Assembly (NCBI RefSeq): GCF_001194135.2
Contig: NC_068981.1
Location: 139,437,705-139,501,704 of the forward strand
Source: Octopus bimaculoides
Lineage: Eukaryota
Direction: 5' to 3'
Length of the DNA: 64,000 bases
Shown: piece by piece, positions 49,778-63,785 of the stretch
Numbering within the stretch: position 1 is the stretch's first letter
Layout of the letters: each line of letters opens with the position of its first letter
The notes under the pieces: generated by a model
Database searches by the model: none
What the model saw: only the letters and a program-made list of their open reading frames with translations
Told to the model about the DNA's origin: nothing
Made by a program: the position numbers and the translations under genes

Positions 49778-49977
49778 TTACTCGTTTCAGTAATTTGACT
49801 GCGGTCAAGGTGGGGCACTACCTTGAAGGGTTTTAGTCAAGCAAATCGATGCTAGGACTTATCTATTTATTTCAAACCTGGCACTTCTATCATTCTATTT
49901 TGCTGAAGTGCTAAGTTACGGGGACATAAACGCACCAACACCAGTTGTCAAGAGGTGGTGGAGGAGAAACACAGATA

Positions 49978-50037
<60 letters not shown>

Positions 50038-50047
50038 NNNNNNNNNN

Positions 50048-50086
<39 letters not shown>

Positions 50087-50256
50087 GTATACGACGGGGT
50101 TTCTTTCGATTTCCGTCTGCTAAATGTACTCACAAGGCTTTGGTCGGCCCGAGGTTATAGTAGAGGACACTCGCCCAAGGTGCCACGCAATAGAACTGAA
50201 CTTTGAATCATATGGTTGGGAAGGAAACTTCTTACCACACACTCACGCCTGCGCCT
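49778..50256 (-). mobile_element. SINE family A, full length, internal (TG)n
   Basis: TTTCAGTAATTTGACTGCGG...TAAGTTACGGGGAC...(CA)n...CAAGGCTTTGGTCGGCCCGAGG...CCCAAGGTGCCACGCA...CACGCCTGCGCC. Confidence 0.88.
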
Positions 50257-50851
50257 GTATAATTAAATTGTTTAAAACTGCATTAGAGAAGTGAGAATTT
50301 GAATAGTAGACTCACATATCGTCTAAATAGAACTAAAACATTGTTTCAGTGTAAAACGTCTTAGCAGAGAGTTTGATAAGTATGAAACGAATTTTTATTT
50401 AATGTAATATTGGAAAATGTAATAAAACAATAAAATGACTGGTGGCATACCACCAGATAGGAAGATATATTTGATATATGTATATATTTACTATAACGGG
50501 TATAATATAACTTTATTTTCTAGTGTCTTTTCCTTTTAAACATCAGTATATCTCATTATATTATTGCTCTAAACATGAATTCATTTCATGTCTATAGAAT
50601 TCCCTGCTATGATGCTTTACATGAAAGAGAATATTTTTTTTATTATATTCGCGAAATATTTAACTTACTACAAGTTACTATCTATTACACACGCACACAC
50701 ACAACGCGCACGCACACATACACACACGCACACAGAGTTAACAGTAACGTCAAAGTTTCGGCTTAGTTGCCTTCGTCAGACTTTCTGAAACACATTTGAT
50801 ACTTTACTTAATGGTATCGAGTGATCCTTTAGTTAATGTTCACACACGCAC

Positions 50852-50915
<64 letters not shown>

Positions 50916-50942
50916 NNNNNNNNNNAAAAATTATATATATAC

Positions 50943-50986
<44 letters not shown>

Positions 50987-51134
50987 ACATACACACACAC
51001 ACACATATATATAATAGTTAACCAAGATGTCAAACATTAAGGCATGGCAAATATCTCAAGCCATATACAATATTATTATGGGAAGAAATTCAAAATTCAC
51101 ACACAATCTAGAACTGCCAAATGTGAAGGCATGA

Positions 51135-51400
51135 GATTTTAGTTGTTCGATCGAATCAGCGGTTGAGCAATTAGTAGACAGTATACCCTTATTGTAATTG
51201 TCGGGTGCTGCAGGGTGCTACAGTGTGACACAATGTGACAAGGCTAGGCCTACGCTTTATAGGTACAATCCATCTGAATGGCTTCCACGCTGTTTCCTTT
51301 ACTTGTAAAGCATACGTCGAGCCGAAGCTACAATAAAATATACTTGTCCTAAATTCCTCGCAGTGGTATCGAACTTCGGACCTGGTGATCGAGAAGTGAT
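51135..51400 (-). mobile_element. Degenerate SINE: family A-like head + family C-like tail
   Basis: GTGTGACACAATGTGACAAGGCT (C tail) and ATACTTGTCCTAAATTCCTCGCAGTGGTATCGAAC (A-type head). Confidence 0.5.
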
Positions 51401-52139
51401 TCAAAACTGTACTTAAAGGAAGAACAAGCTTTTAAAAAAAAACTATCAAAATATCAAAGCAAAAGCAAGAAGTACAACAAAAAAAATCACGATATATGCA
51501 CCAAAATATAAGAAATCATTATAATGATTTTACCTGCAGTGGGGGCCACAATATAGAAATAATGTGTTTGCCCTTAGGAAATGCTTGTAAAATGTCAATT
51601 ATTATTCTAATTGATGCTGACATTTCTTTTTCTTTTTCATTTATACAATACTATATTGTTTAACGAGGAAAGAAGGAAGCCTCTAGGCGGTAAACTGATC
51701 TGCCAGAAATAGCTGTCAAATATCCCTCAGATTATTTCCTGCCGTTTTTAAACAATTGAAGAATATATTTGGCATACTTCTGTTATTATGTTCTATACAT
51801 AGCGTTCGATGGACAAAATGATACTTTAGCCGTCATATGTTAAAACTATATGCTCAATTAAGGTGAAAGAAGAAGAAAAAAAAAAGCAATAATATATTTA
51901 AACTACTCCATTATAATTCTAATAATAATCATCAGAAGATGTTATACCTGTATGAAACTTGGGAATTCTATCTGTTGGACAGATCGACAAGCAGTCGAAA
52001 ACCTGGTTGAAGCATCCACTAATTATAATTACACACCGTTGATAATCGGTGTATACAACTAGGAAGATTATACCTCAAAAACTTCGGTTGAAATATCTGT
52101 AAACAGGGATGATATAAAATTAACGCGCTAATGTGCCAT

Positions 52140-52350
52140 GTGTTAGATTGAGATAAGGTTTGATTGAACAGTTCTATGGTTCAAGTAGTCTTTGGTCGAT
52201 AATCCCCCTTCTTTCTTTCTTAGACATAAAGCATTCATTGTGTTCTTCACTTTTATAAAATGAGTACGGTGATTTGGATGCCATTTTCGGCAGGGAGATG
52301 ACGATGTAGAACCTCCTTCTTTGGTTCGTGGTCCTATTAGCAAATGCATA
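52140..52350 (-). mobile_element. L1/Tx1-like LINE fragment
   Basis: ALCLRKKEGGLSTKD resembles the conserved lC.PK.EGGLG..D motif downstream of L1/Tx1 RT. Confidence 0.4.
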
Positions 52351-52593
52351 ATTTCTGTAATAAATTCATGTACATCACTTCGAAAGTGATAAATTCGTTG
52401 TGATGATATAAGTGATGATATAAAATGCAGTCATATTATACATACTATACATTTGATCATTATTATATTAATACATATGTATTTGTAAACACACACACGC
52501 ATAGCTATATATGTTCATTTGGTCGACGCTACACGTCAACAGATTTAAAATTAATAAGATTAATCTTCTATGGTTTTTACCTTAATATAAACC

Positions 52594-52656
<63 letters not shown>

Positions 52657-53582
52657 TCNNNNNNNNNNNNNNNNNNNNNNNNNNNNNNNNNNNNNNNNNC
52701 CCCCACACACACATGTACATCGTCTGACATTTTTGATATTGCGACGAATATTTTCTCTAAACATCAGTGTTAATATTTCACCGTATTCTAAATCTTCCAC
52801 GTTGGACTGCTTTATTCTAATCTGACATCGGTAGTTTTATTCGTTTATTTATTTATATCCCTTTTTGTTTTTTGTTTGTTTGTTTTATACTGACGACCAA
52901 CATGAACATAACATACGCCATTATTATCTCTTCGTCATCTGCTTTTCATTTTATCCAAGATAATATGATTTACGAAGAAACGAAAAGGAAAAAAGAAATG
53001 AAAAGAAACAAGAAATCTAAAAGCACGAAGCAAATGAAATAAATTGACTGAAATGAAGTAAATTAAAAATATTTCGCAATCTGAAATGATTAAATTTGAA
53101 ATGAATTATGAAAAAATATTTAAATTCATTTTTATATTGGGTGTGAAATTTTTAATAATAATATCTACCAGAATTAAATTAGCTACCTACGAAGTGAAAC
53201 ATTTTAATTTGCACTAGCTAGTACTGTACAGAATAGAAGCGAATGAATTTTCTTTTTTGTTAACGTCAATTGTTTTCTTATTGTTTTGTTAGCATATAAC
53301 AGTTAAGTAATGGAAGTTTTCATAGATTTATAAACACAAATACTGACACAAACAAGATTACCATGTCGTTTTGGATTAAGATTTATGTCAGTGACATTAC
53401 ATGAGGAACATTACCAATGTCGCAGACTTTCTAAAGCTAGTCTGATACTAGTCTGAAAGATTAGTAACCTATTAGTATTGATTTTAAATCTCATATATAG
53501 ATTTTGGTGTATAACTGTAGTATACTGCAGTATTATCACAGTTTAGTAGCTGTACTGTTGATGTTTACTAATTGATAATGTT

Positions 53583-53795
53583 GGTTTCAAGTTTTGGCAC
53601 AAGGCCAGCAATTTCGGAAGAGTGGGTAGGTGGATTACATCGACTCCAGTGGTCAACTAGTACTTATTTTATGGATTTCGAAACAATGAAAGGCAAAGTC
53701 GATATCGGCGGTATTTGAACTCACAGCGTAAGGGCAGATGAAGTACCACTAAGAATTTTGCCCGGCGTACTAACGATTCTGCCAGTTCACCGTCT
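53583..53795 (-). mobile_element. SINE family B
   Basis: TTTTGGCACAAGGCCAGCAATTTC...ATGAAAGGCAAAGTCGA...TTTGAACTCA...CCCGGCGTACTAACGATTCTGCCAGTTCACCG. Confidence 0.87.
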
Positions 53796-54228
53796 TATAC
53801 CAACTGATATTGTTTACTAAACTAAGTAGAGAATCTCGAAGAGATGAATGGCAATGTGAACTGTGGTGGAATTTGACATTAGAAATAAGAGGAGGCAAAA
53901 CTACATACCATTCACTGTTTAATGCACTCATGAGAAAACTTCGGCATGCAGGCTGCAAGCGGCACTTGAGACTTTCTGAATAGTATGTATAACAAAAAAT
54001 TACCTTGAAGTTTTTTAGTAGTGTCACCCATCTGTTGATGGGCTATGTCTCATGCACCCGCTTCTCGAAATAAATTGCCCATGCCTTGGACACTCTACCA
54101 TTCTATCGTCTTTAACAATGACAACACAATACTAAAATTCATGTTTTTATAGTCTAAGGATAATGATTTGGAGGAGGCCAGAGTTTATTAGATCAACTCT
54201 TAGTTGGATTGGTATGTATCGTGCTAAC

Positions 54229-54440
54229 GAGGAAGCCTCTACGTAGTTGCTAGGTACAGCAGCCAAATCATCCTCAAATCAAATCCTACAGCTTAAAAAG
54301 TAGATTACATTTAAGATACTGACGCTTTTGTTACAATAGACGTAGAATATAAATATAGACAACAACGAGATTATCTCTGTTGCGTTGTCTTTGATCATAA
54401 TTCTGCTCGACCATAAGTTTCTTGGGACTAAGCAAAACAA
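54229..54440. repeat. Dispersed repeat family D/E copy
   Basis: GAGGAAGCCTCTACGTAG...CAGCAGCCAAATCATCCTCAAATCA at the left and CTTTGATCATAATTCTGCTCGA at the right. Opposite orientation to 61215-61415. Confidence 0.6.
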
Positions 54441-55308
54441 TGAGAATAATCGCTACAATCACAACCGGTATTATTTTATCGATGAGTGAAAGGCAAAATG
54501 GACTTTGACTGCGTTCGAACTCAGAAATGCAAAGAGACGTAAGTATCTAAATTAAACAAAACGATTCGTTCGGCGCCCTACCGATTTGGAATCCTTCTCT
54601 TTCATCCTAATAATCGGTATTAACAATAGCAGTAGCCGCAGCACCAATAGCAGGATATGGAACTAGAAAAGTGGATAGATTAAACACAACGATGCTATTC
54701 TAAAAGAAAAGAACTGATATTCTTTCTCTGTTTACAAAACTATCAATCTTCATTACTAACCTAACATTCGTAAAAATAAAAATACTGATAAAACACGGTA
54801 AACAGAGGATTGGTGAAGAACAAAAAAGTAAATTTGATCGTTATAAGATAAATCGAATCTCTTGACGCCAGCCGAACTCTCATGGCGAACAGAAGAAAGA
54901 TGTCTGTAAGCCTATTAGTTGTTAGGGCCAGTGATATATACGCACTAGAAATTCAAATCAATCGTATTATAACTTAACTCGATCATATCTTTATATATAT
55001 ATATATATATATATNNNNNNNNNNNNNNNNNNNNNNNNNNNNNNNNNNNNNNNNNNNNNNNNNNNNNNNNNNNNNNNNNNNNNNNNNNNNNNNNNNNNNN
55101 NNNNNNNNNNNNNNNNNNNNNNNNNNNNNNNNNNNNNNNNNNNNNNNNNNNNNNNNNNNNNNNNNNNNNNNNNNNNNNNNNNNNNNNNNNNNNNNNGGGT
55201 GTATATATATGTGTATATATATATATGTATGTGTATATATATATATGTATGTATATATATGTGTGTATATATACATATATGTATATATACATACATACAT
55301 ACAAACAT

Positions 55309-55378
<70 letters not shown>

Positions 55379-55943
55379 TGATAGAGAGAGAACGAGATAA
55401 TCATTACTCTCTGTTTTAACTTGATGTGGCTCACTGTATCTTGGCAAAAGTCCTGATGGAGCCCAGACAAAATTCGAAGGTGGATACGAGTAGCTACGAT
55501 ATTTCTAGAAATTGATAACTTAATGTATTTAATATCAACGTACGTATCCGTTTATTACACTATAATCACTTTATCTTTTCATTAAATTATTTGGTGTTTA
55601 TAGTTTTTATAACATGTTATGGCTATAAAGGCTCCATAAGTGAATTGTAATATATTATTTTTCATTTTTCCTCTTCTCCGCTCCATATTTATCGTTACTA
55701 GCAAACTTGTACTGATGCTATTTGTACGGATACATAATTTTGTACATAGGAGAGAATTGCAGAAAATATGTATATTTCTGTCTTTAGATGATTTATAAAA
55801 AATATTAAACTTGTTAAGCTTGATTTTGTCTGAATAATAATTATTATTTCCAATTATTGATATGAAAGTTACAGATAGAAAGTTATATTCACTACTTATT
55901 TATATTCTATGCAAAGCTCCATCATAGTTTGAGAAACTAAAGA

Positions 55944-55983
<40 letters not shown>

Positions 55984-56096
55984 GTGATCAAATGTTAGCA
56001 TATCTCTTGTTTGAAACTGTTGCTTGCTATAAGCATAAATGGAAGAATACCAATACAGTTAAATGAGATAATGTAACACAGACCATAAGAAATAAT

Positions 56097-56312
56097 GGTT
56101 TCATACTTCGGCACAAGACCGGTAATTTTAGTGGGAGAGGTTAAGTCGATTACATCGATCCCAGTGCTCAACTATTACTTATTTTTAGAATCCAGAAGGA
56201 ATAAAAGATGAAGTGGACCTCGACGCAACTCGAACTCAGAACATAAAGAAGTTCTGAAGAAACTCTACTAAACATTATGTTCGGCGCCCAATGATTCTGC
56301 CAGCTCACCACC
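56097..56312 (-). mobile_element. SINE family B
   Basis: GGCACAAGACC...GTCGATTACATCGATCCCAGTGCTCAACT...GAACTCAGAAC...ATGATTCTGCCAGCTCACC. Confidence 0.82.
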
Positions 56313-56324
56313 ATACTATAAGAA

Positions 56325-56541
56325 ATAGTATTTTCAACTATAGGCACAAGGCCTTAAAAATTAGGTGAAGGAGGCCAGTATGTTACATCAATGCCAGTGC
56401 TCAACTGGTACTTATTTTACCGAGTTCGGATAGTGGAGGGCAAAGCTGACCGGCGGAATTCGAGCTTAGAAGATAAGGAGCCGGAAGAAACACAACTAAT
56501 AATTTTGTCCGGCACACTAGCAATTCTTCGAGCCTATCGCC
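56325..56541 (-). mobile_element. SINE family B, tandem to the previous copy
   Basis: TATAGGCACAAGGCC...CCAGTGCTCAACTGGTACTTATTTTA...GGCGGAATTCGAGC. Confidence 0.75.
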
Positions 56542-57638
56542 TAATTATAACATTTAAAAGGGCAGTGCCTCATGTAGTTTGGAATCTGGTAAAGATTAAA
56601 TTTATTTTAGTCCTTTTGTTTTAGTAATTATTTTGCTTGGATTCAGATGCTACTTGATTACAAAAGTTTCATTTTGTTACAATCGAACAAATTTCTGAAT
56701 CAGTTACGTCTTACGTTTTATTACCTAAATCACAGATTTAAAGAAAATCAAAATTTCAGCTATGTTTTGAAGCATAGTAAAAATGTAGGGTAAAAATAAA
56801 CCAAATCATTTTCTGAATCGATTTCTTCAAATCTGGTTTTAAGTAGAAGCAAGAAAGTTGGTGATAGGATTCGATAATTTGTTTTGATTAACAGCTTACA
56901 ACTTTTGCCATTTATAATGGAAATTCATTCTTTGGATTGAAAATAAATTGAAATGATATATTTTTTCTGCAATAGAATTCAATAGAGCAAGAAAAAATGC
57001 ACAAAACTGCAAGCGGCATTCATGTGTAAATGCCAACTATAACATGAACTCTCTTGAGATAATTGTTCAACATTTATCAAACATTATGTGACAAAGCTTC
57101 AATCCGCATAATTGACCGCTAATATACGACTGTTGAAGATGGTGAACAATTTTTCAGTAAAATACAATATGGAATATTCTGTAGAATTATGTAAAATATT
57201 TTTTCACTCGAATAATTCAGTATTTTTTGAAAATCCAATAATCAATAAACTAAAATATGAATATTTTGAAATATTTTAGACGAGTCGCCGCAACTCCAAG
57301 CAGTGAAGATGTCAGTTTTGAGATTGTGATAGAGAAGATGAGTACTACCAGGTTCTAATAATAAAAATAAAAATAATGATATAATGATGATAATGATAAA
57401 AAGTGAGGAACGAACAAGGCTAAAAAAAGAAAAGAAACGAAAAAGGTGCTATTAGTGTTACTCCATGGGCTGTATAGCAAGAGGTATCACGTGTTGTTGA
57501 TCTGTCAGAAGTGGTAAAAAAGGAAAATAATTCATAACATTTTTTTTTATGAATTATTACGTATGAAATAAAACGAAGCATCATTTTTTTTCGAAATCAC
57601 ACAATAAATAATCTGGTAGATAAAAACATTTTCTTTCA

Positions 57639-57674
<36 letters not shown>

Positions 57675-58957
57675 CATATACTTTTCACTATATAATAATA
57701 ACGATAATAATAATAGTGATAAAATATTACACACACAGGTATATNNNNNNNNNNNNNNNNNNNNNNNNNNNNNNNNNNNNNNNNNNNNNNNNNNNNNNNN
57801 NNNNNNNNNNNNNNNNNNNNNNNNNNNNNNNNNNNNNNNNNNNNNNNNNNNNNNNNNNNNNNNNNNNNNNNNNNNNNNTATATGTATATATATATATATA
57901 TTAATGTTTGTTTTTATGTGAGGCTATAAAAACATTTAGACATTAAACTGGAGGAAAACCAAGTACTTTTTAGCAGACTAGATATTTATTAATTTTTTTT
58001 ACAAGAAAAATGTTGTGTGTTTCAATGTTTTGGCTTGCTCGCCGTCATGAATAAAATGTAATTTCATATCTTCAGATCCATATAGATTTTGGTTGGTGAA
58101 GGAAATTGAAATGAAGATCACCTTTGGTGCAAGTAGACAAAGTAAGTGTTTGTGCAAGAAACAGGCGAGAATAGGAGAAAAGTATACGTTTGTAGGATAT
58201 GGGTTGATACAATGGTAAAGAAAGCTGTATTGGATTTTATTGCTTAGGTGTCAGTCAGGTGTGGAAAGTAAATGAGTAAATAGATTTATCAATACGGATC
58301 ACGATATTCTTCGTATATACGGTTGGTTTTTTGTGATATTTCAGAATTTATTACTAAGTATTTTACATTGGGTGGGGAGGTATGAAGACTGTTAACCTTA
58401 TTGTGGTGGTGTTTTGGAAATAGTGAGTGTGGAGCAGTTTGAGCAGATATTTAGGTTTTCTGGATGCTGGTTGTTAGACTAATGCAATCACAGGTATTTT
58501 TATAGTTTTGACCGATCCCCGTTTTCCTTTAGCTGAATGAGCTGACGAAACATTGTCATCACTTTACTGCAGATCAGTGACACGTGTGCATTTGGTTAGT
58601 CTCGAGGATAAAAAACTGGACATATTGTAGAGTCCACTATCGAAGCGGTACTTGATACTTGTACCAGATTTCATAAATAGAATTTCGTGGAACATGACTA
58701 CAAATCTACATGACAGCTCTGAATGTATTTTGCGAGTAACGAGATGTTTAATAACTTAAAGTGAATAGTACGAAGATGTTCCCTTGCAGGATAAAATTGG
58801 TCCTTGTAATGAACTGAACTTTCCAAGGGCCACAACGAAATGCTTGGTCTATAATTCCATTTATTGCGTTTCATCTTAGATTTACTAGAGCTTAGTAAAA
58901 GTTGACTACTGTTACACACACAACGCGCTCACAAATATATATATATATATGCATGTG

Positions 58958-59216
58958 TACGAGGGAGTGCTGAAAAGTTCCTGGCCTTAAGTGCTTGTGT
59001 AAGAAGCGGGCGAGAATGGAATACACTTAAGGGTATTGCGAAAGGACTGGTTGGAGGCCCAACCTTCCGAGATCTTTTACATAGCTTAGACAAACTGAAG
59101 GGGGCGCTGCAATAAGTGTGTGAATCTGAGAAGGGAATATATTGAATAAAATCATAATTAACTTCTCCTGTATTTTCTTTTACACAAAGCTCGGAACTTT
59201 TCAGCACACTCTCGTA
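58958..59216 (+). mobile_element. Mariner-derived MITE with TA TSDs
   Basis: TA-CGAGGGAGTGCTGAAAAGTTCC ... GGAACTTTTCAGCACACTCTCG-TA. Interior homologous to 3012-3215 plus a short insertion. Confidence 0.9.
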
Positions 59217-59266
59217 CATATACAAACATTTATGTATGCATGTATGTATGTATGTATATCTCTCTC

Positions 59267-59310
<44 letters not shown>

Positions 59311-59733
59311 AAATTTAATTGTTCAAGGTTTACTACAAGGTTCACGGTGTTTTATAAGAGCTGTTCATGATCAATGATATCTTTATTTAAGAACGAAAAC
59401 GAGATTATTACACTTCAGAAGATATAATTTTAATACAGATGGCGATTTGTTAGCTCTCTATTAACTGCCTTAAATGCACTCATGTTCGAATACATTGCAT
59501 GTGTTCAGCTGTGGCCTCGCACATATAATAATGTGAAGTAGTTTCTAGAATTCGTATAGATAAGGAGGGTTTTATGTAATTAAACCAGCATTCGTGTCTC
59601 CATCGTGCATACAAACGCATATATGTACCTATACGGGCGGAATCTAATAAGAAGTCCTTACACGCATGAACACATTCACACACGTACTGACGCACAAACA
59701 CACACACACATATATATGTATATGTAATACATA

Positions 59734-59802
<69 letters not shown>

Positions 59803-59948
59803 CTAATATATAAATTATACATACATACATATANNNNNNNNNNNNNNNNNNNNNNNNNNNNNNNNNNNNNNNNNNNNNNNNNNNNNNNNNNNNNNNNNNN
59901 NNNNNNNNNNNNNNNNNNNNNNNNNNNNNNNNNNNNNNNNNNNNNNNN

Positions 59949-60008
<60 letters not shown>

Positions 60009-61214
60009 AATAATTATAACGATATGTTCTTGTCCAAAGTACTCTTATTCTTCCTCTAAATTTATTTCCTCTTATCTTACAATTTATACAACATATTCTT
60101 CTGGTCACTATGACCTACACGTGTTTCCTCTACACAAATTACGGGCATTTGCAGATGCAAGGTGGCACGAATTTTGCTGCAACTTCTTCAGGGTCACACA
60201 CAGTTGAGGGTGAAAGAATGGATAGAAGAATATATTCTAAAACTCTAAAAGATTCGTGGTCCTCCTTAACAAACGTAGCATATATTCTCTCCATTATATA
60301 CCGCAAAACATAAACAACATAGCCAAGAAAATGAATATTTGAACAACTAAATTATTACGCTACTACAATACACAAGGTGCCCTGCGAAAACACTAACATC
60401 AGCCTTGACCTAATTAGACGGAACCCTAACTCAGACAGCAACTGGCGTGAATCTGGCGTCAACCGCGCAAGCCTACAAACAGGTCAAATTTCGGTTTCAA
60501 TCACCTGCCTCCTGAACCCTAACTAACAAACAACTAACCCCACACGAAACTAGCCAAATGGAAGGACCCTGAAGTAGCTGCATTGAAAATTGTGCCAGCT
60601 TCCATCTGCAACTGCCCGTGATCTGTCCATTGGTAGCCAGTGTAGGTCATAATGACCATACATATTTGTATAAGGAAAAACTACGTGGAAAGTGACAAAA
60701 AAACAACAAAAAAAACAAACAACTTATTCAATTACTTATACATGTAATACCGAATTTCCACAATATGGGGACAACATTGTTAATAAGATCAAACTTAGTA
60801 CTGTGCGCCTCATTTCAAATCGAGTTCCCTGAATAAATAACCACTCCTCTCGTTATCTATTTTTGTCAATGATAAAACGGATGCGTTCATAACAGGAGAG
60901 GAGTGGTCTCGGTGAAACTTAAACTACAAAAGGCATACAATTCCAATTAGAGAGTGAAAGAAGAGACGAATGACGGAAGTGTTGCAGTGGATTAATTACG
61001 TCATCCAGCCTAACACCTTCATCTGGACTCTAAGCACCTTTAGCAGAGTCTACAACGTTCTTAGTGTTCTGCTCGTGCAGCTCAACAGCCTGACTATAAA
61101 ATTCAGTTTTCTTCCCACCAGCCACGGGGCGTACTTTCCCATCTGACTAAATAGATTATAACATTTGTTGCTTACTAGATTCTGAGGTTGTAGTTATTGT
61201 TAATGTCACTGTTA

Positions 61215-61415
61215 TTGTTCTTTGATCTCATGTCAGTCTTCGATGAGCAGACAAATGATTCAAGACGTTACAGCCTTGACCATCCATGCTTTTTTAATAT
61301 CTGCAGCTACATTGATATATAAGTCCTCCTTTTTATTTTAAAGAATTTTGGGTAAGATTTGCGGGCGATTTGGTCTCTCTTTCTAGTTTGTTGAGTGAAC
61401 ACATAAAGCACTACT
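61215..61415. repeat. Dispersed repeat family D/E copy
   Basis: GAGCAGACAAATGATTCAAG...CAGCCTTGACCATCC...GATTTG...TTTCTAG. A partial inverted copy follows at about 61531-61590. Confidence 0.55.
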
Positions 61416-62499
61416 CATTGTTGTGGAGGTACAAGTATTTGTTAGCATTTGTAAACTGTGGATCCATATATTAAGGTAAGAATTAATAAATTATTGCTCT
61501 AAAAATATATGTATTTCTTACTTAGGCAATGATGGAACCTCTACGTAATCGCTTGTCTGCTAATGACAGCAGCTAAACTTCTACCGTCTTCACTCACTAA
61601 CTTTCGCGATCCACCGGCTCTACCAAACATCTGATCTTAAATTACGTGAACTAGCGAGAATAGAGGAAAATTCAAATTTTATAGATTTTTTTTAGCTCTA
61701 TAGGGTTCCATAAATTTAATAATTTCCATGAAATCGTTTCATTATGTGAAAGATTCTGATTACCTTTTCAATTTTGCTCTATAGTTAGAATCGTTGAAAG
61801 TGTATCACTCGAATATATGCAATGAGAAACCGAATGATATGATAACAGATCTTCATATTTTCAAAACAATTTTTCCAGTATTAATTGATGTCTATGATTT
61901 TAGTTCAATCTCACTGAGGTGAATTATGTCTTCTATTCTGGATGAAATACGTGCAAGTATGATAATGAGGTATATTCATCCGACTGTATCCGAGACTTTA
62001 AAAATCCTTATTATTACATACTTATTTCTGAAATCCATTTTTCAAAAATATACTATAAATTATATCTCATTTGTGAAAAGAGAAGATATTTTTTGGTTAT
62101 TTCTTCGTTGGATAGGATATTGAATAAGATAAATCTAAGATATATATAAACATAACATATTGCCTGTTGAAGTTTAAAGGCAAACTATTTTGAAATTATC
62201 AGTAAGATGTATTTGTCTACTTAACGTGGTATTTCTATCTCAGAAGAACAGACTGATATGTTAGTTTCAAGTACAAAGTTCATGTTTTCTATACTTCTTT
62301 GTTGATAAGACTTGAAATAGTGTTCCATCACAACGTTTCGGTCACTATAATCACTGTTTAAGAGCGAAAGGTTGACATCATCATAAAAAAGAATTATCGA
62401 ACACATTTATTGTGTAAACATTCCTGTAGCCGATCGCAAACTTGGATGTCTGATCTGTACTAAAATAAATCTTCTGCTTTAGTCTTTCAGTGTTACGAA

Positions 62500-63110
62500 A
62501 TAGAGATTTTGGGTCGAGTGTAAAAATATGTTTTGTATGAAACTGATAGAGATTATGAAATAATACATCGATCATTAGAACTAATTTCTGTTAGGTCAGC
62601 TTTAATTTTCATCCTTGAATGATCTGAAGCATCACAGCTTAAAGACTTTTATCAACTCATTTTCATATGTTTTGAAAAGGAAAAGGTTTTAGATAATTAA
62701 TATTTTGTTGTAAATCAGTGAAGAGGTAGAATCAGTTTGACACGACATAACTAGCCGTTAAGTGTTCGTTTTCTGTCCCGGCTTAGGTACTGCGGTGTTG
62801 TGTTAGAGCCCAAGTCGTTTATCTTCCGATAACTCGGTTCTCCTGGATATGTTGTTATCGACTGATTTAGTATACTAATCGAAGAAATTCAGTCATAACG
62901 ATCTAGTCTTTTTGTAACGACAGTCTGTATACAACTACGTTAGCTGATGTATCTTTCCTTCTTAGTGTTGTAAGATGCGATTTCTGATTATTTGAGGAGT
63001 TAGAGAAATCTCTTAAAAACCTCTTCGTAGGCTCCTTCTAATGATGTATATCTGCGGTAGGTGCTATATATGTGTCATCATTGTAAGCAGCGTTAGGAGT
63101 GGAAAATATA
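62500..63110 (-). mobile_element. Degenerate CR1/L2-like RT 3' fragment
   Basis: Minus strand AYNDDTYI (YADD-like), INDLG (VRDLG-like) and KADLTE (GDLIE-like) in colinear order. Heavily decayed. Confidence 0.35.
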
Positions 63111-63414
63111 TCAATTATCATAACTTGATACACATTTATCTTTCATCCATTTAACGTTGAATAAAATGGCGATAAACAATGAGCCAAAAGAATTCTTGGG
63201 ATGGATTAGAAACCAAATATTAGCTAAATTAAAATAGCATGTCATCACGAAAAATGTTAATTTTAATAAACGTTCTTTGCTTTCAGTTGTAACTTTATAT
63301 TAGTTAAATGCAACATTAGAGCTAGAAAATTTCAACATTTCTTGGCTTTAACTCTAGTTTCAAACTGGTTATTCTCAACATTCTTGTACATGAAATCATG
63401 CAGACGTAGACTTG

Positions 63415-63600
63415 TAGGCAACTGTGTGGTTGTGTGATAAGGAGTTTGCTTCCCTATCACATGGTTCCGGGTTCAGTCCCATTGCCTGTCACCTTAGGCA
63501 AGTGTCTTCTACTATTGCTCCAGGCCGATCAAAACCATGTGAGTGGATTTGCTAGACAGAAGCCAAAAGGTGCTGATCACACACACACACACACACACGA

Positions 63601-63685
<85 letters not shown>

Positions 63686-63785
63686 AACACACACACACTG
63701 GTGTGTGTGTTTATACCACATTATCGCTTGTTACATAGCGGTTCGGTAAAATAGGTCGAGAAAATAAGTGCCAGGTTTAAAAATG
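63415..63785 (+). mobile_element. SINE family A with internal (CA)n
   Basis: GTGGTTGTGTGATAAGG...CACATGGTTCCGGGTTCAGTCCCA...CACCTTAGGCAAGTGTCTTCTACTAT...(CA)n...TAGCGGTTCGG. Confidence 0.85.
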
